A stretch of DNA of 64,000 nucleotides from an uncultured Bacillota bacterium (GTDB taxonomy: Bacteria > Bacillota_I > Bacilli_A > Izemoplasmatales > Hujiaoplasmataceae). The stretch covers positions 2,905 through 66,904 of the forward strand of contig CALMFM010000156.1 in the NCBI GenBank assembly GCA_937862575.1. Reading direction: 5' to 3'. The notes under the pieces are model-generated. The model was given only the letters and a program-made list of their open reading frames with translations. It did no database searches and had not been told where the DNA came from. Positions 56,206 to 64,000 of this stretch are shown here, one piece after another (positions within the stretch are counted from its first letter, which is position 1; every line of letters begins with the position of its first letter). The translations under genes and the position numbers were made by a program.

Positions 56206-56517
56206 CTATTTATTCTTGTTGGGTGGTTCAAAATAAGGACAAGTACCACAACACCCATCATCTTCTTCGCAAGGGGTCCCATTTCTAAGTTTTCTAACGG
56301 CTCCAACAAAACATTCCCTTTGCTCTGGCAAACTTAGAAAATCGTCATTTCGACATTCTCCAAATCTACTATCTGGAATATCTTCTTCGATAACTTTCCA
56401 TTCCCCATATTCTTCTCCCTCTTCTTTTCGATAATCACATTCCTCTTGCGCGTCCTCTTTTGTCAAACAAAAGAAGCATTTTCCGTATAAAGTACAAAAA
56501 ACCCAAAAAATTTTCAT
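56206..56517 (-). CDS. Cys-rich hypothetical protein
   Basis: C-terminal CC..CPYF. Confidence 0.55.
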   Translation of the reverse strand: MKIFWVFCTLYGKCFFCLTKEDAQEECDYRKEEGEEYGEWKVIEEDIPDSRFGECRNDDFLSLPEQRECFVGAVRKLRNGTPCEEDDGCCGTCPYFEPPNKNK

Positions 56518-57266
56518 GCGTTTCCTCCTATGGCTCTTTTATAGTCCTCAAATCTTAACTTAGCAATTGTGGACCGATAATAAGTTCTAATTACGATACC
56601 TTCTGGATTTCCCGACGCATCCGAATCCAAGGAAACATAAGTTTTCTTTATCTTAATTTTCATCCATTCATATGTTTCCTCGAGGTCATAAGGTATTGAA
56701 TCTATTCCAATTCTGGGAGTCAGAGGCAAATTGAGCTTTTCCAATGCATCTTCAGGATAAAACTGTTGGCCTCCGTTATCTCTCCAAGAAGCTATTTTTT
56801 CTGGAGATAATCCTATTATCCGTTCTTGTTCTGACGATTGAACAAAAGAAACATCAAAAAGACGAGCACTCATCAATGTGCTATCTTTCGTATATTGCTT
56901 GCTACCTTTAGTCGTTTTGCCCCCAAAAACTTCAAAATAGAATGTTGTTAGCCAGAGACGAGGTTTAAGTTTTTCCGCAATTGGCTTAAGAGTATCTACA
57001 ATTCCTAATTGTGGATTTCCAATTAGATCTCCTTTAGCATATAACAATTCTTCCCTGCTTCCTATCAGATAAAAACCATCTGGAAATAAAATTATACGTC
57101 CATTTACTCCGTCTATCTTTTCGGTAAGAATTGCGGACCCCTTAAACGGAACCTGAATGCTATTCTGTAATCTTCCACGCTCTCCCAGCTTATGATAAGT
57201 AAGGATACTGGGATATTTTGTCATTGAATTTATTTTGTTTAAAGCCAACACGTTATTCTCCTCCAT
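56514..57266 (-). CDS. RNA ligase (Rnl2-like nucleotidyltransferase)
   Basis: KYPSI, TEKIDG.N, EVFG, FDV, EGIVIR, AKLR. Confidence 0.85.
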   Translation of the reverse strand: MEENNVLALNKINSMTKYPSILTYHKLGERGRLQNSIQVPFKGSAILTEKIDGVNGRIILFPDGFYLIGSREELLYAKGDLIGNPQLGIVDTLKPIAEKLKPRLWLTTFYFEVFGGKTTKGSKQYTKDSTLMSARLFDVSFVQSSEQERIIGLSPEKIASWRDNGGQQFYPEDALEKLNLPLTPRIGIDSIPYDLEETYEWMKIKIKKTYVSLDSDASGNPEGIVIRTYYRSTIAKLRFEDYKRAIGGNA

Positions 57267-57318
57267 AGATTCCTAATCCTTTCTAATACTATTTATTCTT
57301 GTCGGCACTCCGAAAAAT

Positions 57319-57588
57319 CTAACTAATTCCTGTCCAGTTGCTATTTATCCCTCTAATATTCATCCATTCAAAGAAAACATAAGTTGCAACCATAAACCAG
57401 TTTCTATCATTATAAAATCCTGCTGCAATAATAAAATTAGAAATAAGCCAGACTCCAAAACCAAAGAGTCTAAGGGGAGCGGTAGGGTCCGACGTTAAAT
57501 AAGCTCCAGACATGCTTAAAATCATAGCTATACAATACCAGGGCTTAGTTTTAATTTCGTGAATTAATTTTGAAATGACGGAGACCAT
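57319..57588 (-). CDS. small membrane protein (PnuC-like half)
   Basis: three TM segments; GF.VWL.SN and N.RG...W. Confidence 0.5.
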   Translation of the reverse strand: MVSVISKLIHEIKTKPWYCIAMILSMSGAYLTSDPTAPLRLFGFGVWLISNFIIAAGFYNDRNWFMVATYVFFEWMNIRGINSNWTGIS

Positions 57589-57884
57589 ATTTTAACCTCC
57601 TTAATACCCATTTCTTGCAAAGCAGATATATTTAAAAAACAAGTCTCCCTCCGCTCTTTAGATTTAAAAACAGATAATTGAAAAAATTCACTAGTATTAT
57701 TTTTGAATACCATTTCAAGTTCTTGAGTAACAAGTATTTCTGGCAATTCTACCGAAGTATAAAAGTTTTTATCTTCATTCTCTTTATCGTAAGAATAAAC
57801 CGAATACTCAATAAAAAGCAAACTTAAAATATACATCAATACTATAAAATGATATTTATTCATGTAGATACCTAATGAGCCCAC
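57564..57884 (-). CDS. membrane-anchored hypothetical protein
   Basis: N-terminal TM. Confidence 0.45.
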   Translation of the reverse strand: MGSLGIYMNKYHFIVLMYILSLLFIEYSVYSYDKENEDKNFYTSVELPEILVTQELEMVFKNNTSEFFQLSVFKSKERRETCFLNISALQEMGIKEVKIWSPSFQN

Positions 57885-58141
57885 CCATTATCACATTCAT
57901 TTGCCTCACAATTCTTTTCCGTACAGGTCTCATATCGACGACAACTTTTCGGAAAGGGACAATAGCTTAAAACTTTATTGATATGTAAACATTTAAAATA
58001 TTCAATTTTATCTAAAAAAACAAAATCGTCAAAGCATTCAAAACCTTTATTTTTCAATTCTTCCCTTATTACGAAAAAGATTTTTCCATAGGCAGTACAT
58101 ATATTTTCAAGATCCTTAACTTCAGACGAAATGGAAGACAT
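57872..58141 (-). CDS. Cys-rich hypothetical protein
   Basis: AAGGAG SD; ORF in operon. Confidence 0.5.
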   Translation of the reverse strand: MSSISSEVKDLENICTAYGKIFFVIREELKNKGFECFDDFVFLDKIEYFKCLHINKVLSYCPFPKSCRRYETCTEKNCEANECDNGWAH

Positions 58142-58185
58142 GATCTTTTTACTCCTTCAAAAAAAACGTATCCAAGGATTTTCCA

Positions 58186-58353
58186 TTACTGAATTAATCC
58201 TTCCTCTTTCAATTTTTCTATGTCTTTTTTGCTTACTCCTGCCTCTAAAAGCATTTCTTCGGTTCTTTCTCCTTTACATTCGGAAACGGAAATTTTACAT
58301 TTATATCCTTTTCCTTCCCTTTCTGGACAATTTAATTTGGAACAAAGTCTCAT
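58186..58353 (-). CDS. 55-aa hypothetical protein
   Basis: MRLCSKLNCPE...LLEAGVSKKDIEKLKEEGLIQ; missed by the ORF track. Confidence 0.5.
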   Translation of the reverse strand: MRLCSKLNCPEREGKGYKCKISVSECKGERTEEMLLEAGVSKKDIEKLKEEGLIQ

Positions 58354-58385
58354 ATTTTCAAATCCTACGCAGATATAATCAAATC

Positions 58386-59090
58386 TTAAGCACAGGTTCC
58401 CGTTCCTATAATATAAGATGTATAGGTCGAAAAAATGGTCGAAGAAGTGGTCGCCATAGAAGTGGTCGCCGTAGAAGTACTTCCGATATAAATAGGATCA
58501 ATAATCGTAGTAGCGGTAGTAGCGGTAGTACCAATAGCCTCGACCCACATACGATTGTCTATAAATCTCCAAAGCCCCTTAATTTTATCAAGCGTCATTT
58601 TACATTTACTATTTAATATATTAATTATTTTATCCAATTTTTTGGTATATTTTGACCATTGCTCGTATCCCTTGGTCCACCATTCTACAAATCCACACGC
58701 AAAAGCCTCAAAACGATCCGTTAAAGCATATTTTTCGGGAAACTCATCAACGTTTCTAGGTCTACATTTAACAGTAAAGCGATATATAATATGTTGGACA
58801 TTAGAATTTTCAAAATACATATGTAATAAATGTCCAAGCTCATGAATAAACGTTTCCCTTATTGAAGAAATAAAATAATCTCCCAGTTTATTATAAAAAG
58901 TTACCAAAACTATTTTAGTTCCATCAAAATTTAAATATCCACCATAAGTTGAATTGTATCCTTCGGAACATATCATCTTTAAATGCTTTACTGCATCAGG
59001 AAAAATTAAGGAAAATTTGTTAAAAATAGATTTCAATTCTTCTACAATACTTTCCTGCCCCTCAAAATCTTTCCAAACTATATCTGCCAT
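58386..59090 (-). CDS. zincin metallopeptidase-like protein with Thr/Ser-rich tail
   Basis: HELGH..H and YA.....EAFA..F. Confidence 0.7.
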   Translation of the reverse strand: MADIVWKDFEGQESIVEELKSIFNKFSLIFPDAVKHLKMICSEGYNSTYGGYLNFDGTKIVLVTFYNKLGDYFISSIRETFIHELGHLLHMYFENSNVQHIIYRFTVKCRPRNVDEFPEKYALTDRFEAFACGFVEWWTKGYEQWSKYTKKLDKIINILNSKCKMTLDKIKGLWRFIDNRMWVEAIGTTATTATTIIDPIYIGSTSTATTSMATTSSTIFSTYTSYIIGTGTCA

Positions 59091-59114
59091 ATAATACGCC
59101 CCCTCAAAAAAGTT

Positions 59115-59390
59115 TTAAATTAGACCTCGTTTTACTTTTCTCTTTTGATATTTGCGCTTCGGTTTAATATCTTTATCAGAATAGTTTTCGTCCTCTTTTC
59201 TAAGAATGCCTTTTATGCTTTCGTGCTGAACATATCCTTCTGCGGGAATAAGTTCCGTCATGAACATTCCGTGATTCAAAACACTCTTAATTGTTATTAA
59301 ACCTTCCGCTCGAAGCTCCATAATAGCCGCCGAAATTTTTTCGGATGCTTTCATGGTTTTATTATAAAATAATGAATCGGCAGTTACCAT
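59115..59390 (-). CDS. hypothetical protein
   Basis: 91-aa ORF with basic tail. Confidence 0.5.
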   Translation of the reverse strand: MVTADSLFYNKTMKASEKISAAIMELRAEGLITIKSVLNHGMFMTELIPAEGYVQHESIKGILRKEDENYSDKDIKPKRKYQKRKVKRGLI

Positions 59391-59449
59391 TTTGCGCTTA
59401 TTCTTTTCTTGAATACGCTTATAGAGCCTTAAGGAATAAGAAGAGAGGG

Positions 59450-61333
59450 TTATTTAAATACCCTCCTTGGAAATTCAAATTCTCGTCGAACAGTTCCAAA
59501 GTTTGAAACTAAAGCAAAGTATCCTACGGTCCTTGTTGCATAATCAATTATTTTTCCTCCGCATTTCGGACAAGTCTTTGATGTTCCGCAAATTGTCGTG
59601 TGCCCATTTTCGCAGATCCCAAAGGAATAGTTAATGGCAAGATGTCCAACCCCATTTTTTACTGCAAATACAATTAAATCTCGCATTATATTTTTATCTG
59701 TAATTTTCTCTTTTATATTCAAATGGAGAATACCTCCGCCAGAAAGCAACTCCATAAATTTCCCCGTTGTCTTTATTCTTTCTGGAATTGATACGTCCTC
59801 AATCAAAGGAATATATTGATTAGAATAAAGTTCAAAAGGAATTTGATTTTGACCAAAAATGATTTTATCCTTCTGGACAAGTTTCGATGCTACAGATTCG
59901 GCGGGGACCTCTTCTACATTAAAAGAGCATCTTGTTTCTAAGCTTGCCTTTTTAGCAAAATCTTCTATTGTGTTTAATACTTGCATGGTAAATTCGGTAC
60001 CCTCTAAAGATCGAATATCATAGCCCATTAGAACGTTGGTCTCATAAATTCCAATAATTCCAATAGTAGAGAACATGTGGTCCAAAGAGAACCATTTAAG
60101 AGGATTATAGAATTTTAGAAATCCCTGGTCAATTCTTCTCTTAAGGAGACCTTCACGATGTACCCGCAAAAGGTCGCGAATTATTTCCAAAACTCTGGTT
60201 AATTCCTCAAAGAACTTTTCTTGATTGCCATTGGCCTTCAGAGCAATTCTTGGAACGTTAGCAGTAACGACCCTTATACTACCAATGTTAACTCCTCCAT
60301 TCCCGAAACTGTCAGATCGGAAAGACATCCTTTCCAGATCATTTACTAGCCTGCAACAAGAACTTGTTTTATTTCCATCATTTATATAAATATTAAAACA
60401 GCCGGTCGGCAGATTAACCCTGGAAGTCCATTCTAAAAATTTTTGATCCAAAATATTTTTCTCTTTATCGCAAGATATGTTAATGGTTACTACAGGAAAT
60501 CTATAAGGAATCCCACTTGCAGGATCTCCTAAGCTGAACCATTCTGCAAAAAGCTTCTGTACGTGCTGGACATAATCATAATCTACCAAAGACCCATCAG
60601 GATATCTATAATGCTCAAACATTTTTTCTAAATTAGGTCTATCAAAAAGACTTAAATTCGTAAAGGGACTTTCGGCGGAAATCCTAAATTTATTGTTCAT
60701 CGTATGAACAAATTTTTGAATCTCGTTTACAATATCTTTATCGCTCAGGTTTTCTTTTTTTGCATACCACGAAAAATTAACAAGTAAATCTGCGGGCGCA
60801 ATTGCACCACTCCATTCTTGACTCATATCCATTGTTGTCTCAATTACTTGAGCAATAAAGCTATCAGATCTCTTGGGCGGCAAGCTGTGTAATTGCCCAT
60901 AAGGTCTGCCCTGGGTCATTAAAATTGAGGTAGAATAAGCAAAGCAATAAGGAATTTGAGGCCGACTTGCATCATGGAAGTAAACATCTCCGTTCCATAT
61001 TGCTCGAATAAGCTCGTTTGCTCTCTCAAGACCAAACATTTTTTTTGCATAATGCCAGATTAAATAATGTCCATTTATTTTAGAGAGACCTTTTACTATT
61101 TCAGAAGAATAATTATTGGGACTGATTCCTTCATTTGCATTTGCATTTTGATCAAGGGACATATCAGAAAGTCTTTCGGTAAAGTATTTTTTACTCAAAA
61201 TTCCTATGTCCAAATCTTCCCTCGATATTCCTTCCGCTTTTAAAAGTTCCTTACCATTTTTTGTAGTCCTAAACTGATTATATAGTTCGTCAAATCCACC
61301 AGAAAAGGTTTGTGTCGTCTTCAAGAAAATCAC
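59450..61333 (-). CDS. nrdD: anaerobic ribonucleoside-triphosphate reductase
   Basis: YFHD..PYC, SCCRL, GSI.V.T.N, E..PAES, CPKCG, TRTVGY glycyl-radical motif; no ATP cone. Confidence 0.95.
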   Translation of the reverse strand: MIFLKTTQTFSGGFDELYNQFRTTKNGKELLKAEGISREDLDIGILSKKYFTERLSDMSLDQNANANEGISPNNYSSEIVKGLSKINGHYLIWHYAKKMFGLERANELIRAIWNGDVYFHDASRPQIPYCFAYSTSILMTQGRPYGQLHSLPPKRSDSFIAQVIETTMDMSQEWSGAIAPADLLVNFSWYAKKENLSDKDIVNEIQKFVHTMNNKFRISAESPFTNLSLFDRPNLEKMFEHYRYPDGSLVDYDYVQHVQKLFAEWFSLGDPASGIPYRFPVVTINISCDKEKNILDQKFLEWTSRVNLPTGCFNIYINDGNKTSSCCRLVNDLERMSFRSDSFGNGGVNIGSIRVVTANVPRIALKANGNQEKFFEELTRVLEIIRDLLRVHREGLLKRRIDQGFLKFYNPLKWFSLDHMFSTIGIIGIYETNVLMGYDIRSLEGTEFTMQVLNTIEDFAKKASLETRCSFNVEEVPAESVASKLVQKDKIIFGQNQIPFELYSNQYIPLIEDVSIPERIKTTGKFMELLSGGGILHLNIKEKITDKNIMRDLIVFAVKNGVGHLAINYSFGICENGHTTICGTSKTCPKCGGKIIDYATRTVGYFALVSNFGTVRREFEFPRRVFK

Positions 61334-61755
61334 CGTTTTTTGTAAAATATTCTCTGATTACTGCTTGCTGGAAATCCGTTTGTTTCCATCTCTTTTATAT
61401 AAGGACCATCAATGATTTTATCCATTAGATCTATAATTCTTTGAGGAATTTTTTCATAAAGCCATCCCGTATATAAGACATTATATAAACCAGATCGGGA
61501 TGCAAGATCGAAAAGAGCCTCCTCCTGTTCAAGTGGCTCTCCACCCAGAAACACAAGAGAACAATAAAAATCTTCATGTCTTTTCATGTAGGAAATTACA
61601 TCTCCAGTATCAACATCAAATCCCCCTGTATGATTTTGTAAATCTGGATTTTGACATCCCGGACATCTCATCGAACAGCCTTGAAAAAAAATATCCAGGG
61701 CAATTCCTTCTCCATCATTCATAGAATCTGAAATTCCAGCACATTTAAAATTCAT
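61330..61755 (-). CDS. nrdG: anaerobic RNR activase
   Basis: DGEG...FFQGC...CPGCQN, GGEPL, DGPY, SSNQR. Confidence 0.93.
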   Translation of the reverse strand: MNFKCAGISDSMNDGEGIALDIFFQGCSMRCPGCQNPDLQNHTGGFDVDTGDVISYMKRHEDFYCSLVFLGGEPLEQEEALFDLASRSGLYNVLYTGWLYEKIPQRIIDLMDKIIDGPYIKEMETNGFPASSNQRIFYKKR

Positions 61756-61871
61756 AAAAACAATAACCTACCCAAGAGAGGGCAACGTTCAAAATGTTTC
61801 TCAAAGAATAAATACTTAACGCTAGGATTTTTAATTATTATATATTATAAAAAAAATTAATTTACTTCGTT

Positions 61872-62099
61872 TTATCTCCGATTTATTTTTTCTCTCTCGT
61901 ATTTCATGTATTTCACCAGTTTTACAATATCAAATCCGCTTATACCAAAAAAGCTATGAGTAAAGTTTCCGCAACGGGGACAATAGCATTTAAAGTATTT
62001 ATATTCTATATCAGTAGAAGGTTTTTTGTTTTCATATTCTACAATTTCTATTTCTGGACTTCGACACGCTTGGCAAACTAAAATTATTTTGGCATACAT
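61872..62099 (-). CDS. zinc-ribbon protein
   Basis: CQAC...CPRCG. Confidence 0.55.
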   Translation of the reverse strand: MYAKIILVCQACRSPEIEIVEYENKKPSTDIEYKYFKCYCPRCGNFTHSFFGISGFDIVKLVKYMKYEREKINRR

Positions 62100-62114
62100 T
62101 TCTTATTCCGCCTC

Positions 62115-63089
62115 TTAACTCTCTTCCACTCTGTATATACACTGTTCGGGATTCTTATCCGGTCTAAATCTTATAAATCTCGGATGCCTGAATCTTCCCG
62201 TTTTAGCTATTCTTTCCTGAGCCTCAATTTCTATTACTTTTCCAAGATATAATTCTCGGTTACAAGAAATCTGTTCTCGAAGAGCATCATCCATTCCTGA
62301 GCAGGAACCAAAATTTATAAGTTCTCCTCCAAAATACTGACCAAATTGAATAGCTCCTATCCAATTATTATCAAAGTATCTTGACGTAGATTCCTTACCA
62401 GAAACCTTCTTTGTGATTTTGGTGGGATCTTCAAATCCAGTAATTATTACATCGAAGGTAGCCTTTCTTTTTACTTTAGCCCATCCGGTTCCATAAGGAG
62501 CTTGAGTATCTTTAAGAATCACTCCTTCTCCACCCAACTCTATTATATCCTCGTAAAATCTCTCTTTGTCCTGAAGCTCTACGGGAATAATGTCCAAATG
62601 CTTTTTAGGATCGGCAATGTCCGAAAGATAACGTAAGAGAATATCCCTGCGGGTTTCGTAAGGAAGACCTCGGACATCTCTTCCTTTATCATATAAAATA
62701 TCGAATATAATATAATCTACATATCCCACCTCTTGTTGAATTTGAATTGCCTTCTCTGGTTTAGCTCCCATAATCTTGGTAACTTCAGAACTCTTCGAAA
62801 GAACGGTTCCTCTAACAATTTCTCCATCAAAAATACATCCTTGGAGATCTCTGTTCAAACCTTCATTCGAAAAGATATCTCTCAAATGAGGAATATTTTG
62901 GGTTTTTTCGACAAAAAGATTTGTTTTCTTCGATATGTGGCGGGACGTAAAACGATTTCCTCCTACTCCTACATGCATTAAATAGCGGGCTCCGTCCATT
63001 TTCGGCTCGCCCACAAAACGCCCATCGGTCCACATATCTTGCTTAAACTTGGCCCGAGCCTTTCCTGGCTCAATCTGAAATATATCCAC
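62115..63089 (-). CDS. lig: ATP-dependent DNA ligase
   Basis: EPKMDGAR, DGEI, FDIL, EGVILK, W.KVK, FRHPRF..FRPDK. Confidence 0.93.
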   Translation of the reverse strand: MDIFQIEPGKARAKFKQDMWTDGRFVGEPKMDGARYLMHVGVGGNRFTSRHISKKTNLFVEKTQNIPHLRDIFSNEGLNRDLQGCIFDGEIVRGTVLSKSSEVTKIMGAKPEKAIQIQQEVGYVDYIIFDILYDKGRDVRGLPYETRRDILLRYLSDIADPKKHLDIIPVELQDKERFYEDIIELGGEGVILKDTQAPYGTGWAKVKRKATFDVIITGFEDPTKITKKVSGKESTSRYFDNNWIGAIQFGQYFGGELINFGSCSGMDDALREQISCNRELYLGKVIEIEAQERIAKTGRFRHPRFIRFRPDKNPEQCIYRVEES

Positions 63090-63094
63090 GAACT

Positions 63095-63511
63095 CTACCT
63101 CCTCCTTCTATAGTAAACCAGGACCAAAGCTAGGATTCCTAATAGTCCAAATTCCATACCACATTCTTGGGACTGGGATTCTTCGATTTTTCCAGTTACA
63201 TAAAAAGACTTAATATATTTTTCATTTATCCATCGCTGGCCGCTTCCATCGTTAATTATATCGACAAGAACCCATCCATTTCTATATTCTAAAACACTTA
63301 AATCATAGGTTCCTTGATCGTGAATAACAGTTTTAACATTGTTACCAACGGCATTCTCTAAAGGATTTTCAGAAAAGCCCCTTTCTGTAGTTTTAAGGTC
63401 GCTTACTGGAGAACCACTTGGTTGACTCTTGTACCAATTTTCATCAAGTGCTATTCCTGCGGGAATGACTGAAATTATTATTAGTGGTATAAAAAAAATG
63501 GGTAGCCTCAT
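63095..63511 (-). CDS. exported SH3-like protein with PGF-CTERM-like anchor
   Basis: signal peptide; C-terminal CGMEFGLLGILALVLVYYRRRR. Confidence 0.6.
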   Translation of the reverse strand: MRLPIFFIPLIIISVIPAGIALDENWYKSQPSGSPVSDLKTTERGFSENPLENAVGNNVKTVIHDQGTYDLSVLEYRNGWVLVDIINDGSGQRWINEKYIKSFYVTGKIEESQSQECGMEFGLLGILALVLVYYRRRR

Positions 63512-63516
63512 TTATA

Positions 63517-63999
63517 TCACACCTGAATCTGCGCCAGGAAAGGCATATCTCCACCAGTAATAATTTGAGGCATAATTCCATTCCATTTTTGTATTGCTGC
63601 AAGCTGCATTTCCAGCTTCTTTAGTTCGATCATGTTGGGAGTCGCATACTTTTCGTCGGCTTTAGACTGAGCTATCTTCTGTTTTGCCTCGATCTCTATA
63701 CGAGCCAAATCATTTTCTGCTTTCTGCTTCTTCTGAACAGCAGTTACTTTTTCCTCAATAGCCCTGCTAAAATCATCAGAAAACTCGAAATCTGTAAGGG
63801 ACACCCCATTTGGTTCAACAAGCATGTCATACTGTCTCAACCTTGCAGTAATTCCCTCATCTACTCTCGTTTTTACATCGGCACGTCTTGTTACAAGTTC
63901 TGAAGCATCAAAATTTGCTGTAACCGATTTAACAACTTCCTGTACCACAGGCTGTATGATTTTATTCTCGAAATCCATTCCAATAGTTTGATAGGTCTT
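63517..63999 (-). CDS. SPFH/prohibitin (Band 7) protein, 5'-partial
   Basis: VKSVTA.F.A.EL...R, F.FS..F..AIE.K..A.Q, KWNG..P. Confidence 0.9.
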   Translation of the reverse strand, partial: KTYQTIGMDFENKIIQPVVQEVVKSVTANFDASELVTRRADVKTRVDEGITARLRQYDMLVEPNGVSLTDFEFSDDFSRAIEEKVTAVQKKQKAENDLARIEIEAKQKIAQSKADEKYATPNMIELKKLEMQLAAIQKWNGIMPQIITGGDMPFLAQIQV

Positions 64000-64000
64000 T

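Noticed and set aside
58131-58616. 161-aa plus-strand ORF
   Set aside because: It is antisense to three coherent minus-strand genes, and its composition mirrors their repeats.
1-64000. stop-codon reassignment or pyrrolysine readthrough
   Set aside because: Long genes are intact under the standard code and TAG ends genes at sensible positions.

Overview
This window is about 64 kb of a large, AT-rich head-tail (Caudoviricetes, siphovirus-like) virus genome. The host is most likely an anaerobic archaeon (a methanogen), inferred from BRE/TATA promoters, GGTGA/GAGGTG Shine-Dalgarno sites, archaeal-type Pth2, a DUF483-like gene, archaeal-type ThyA, NrdDG and a PGF-CTERM-like tail. Positions ~1-35 kb (mostly + strand) hold a rearranged morphogenesis region: protease/scaffold, cement, MCP, head-tail joining, tape measure, tail tip, tail tube with +1-frameshift chaperones, terminase and portal. 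Seven copies of a distinctive TAATTCATWWTTTTAAA motif sit upstream of these genes. Positions ~35-64 kb (- strand) hold replication, nucleotide and host-interaction genes: a UDG4-DnaE (family C) polymerase fusion, methyltransferase, SSB-like protein, SNF2 helicase, ThyA, NrdDG, DNA and RNA ligases, Pth2 and metalloproteases. The most unusual items are (1) a PlpX-like radical SAM 'splicease' carrying its own C-terminal SYG motif, in an operon with an unannotated FVSNSSS peptide; (2) a ~115-nt structured sRNA displaying multiple CCUCC anti-Shine-Dalgarno motifs behind its own promoter; (3) a bacterial-type PolC with a fused uracil glycosylase in an archaeal virus; and (4) a signal-peptide, sequon-rich fibre-like protein under late control. 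All calls are by eye; no searches were run.
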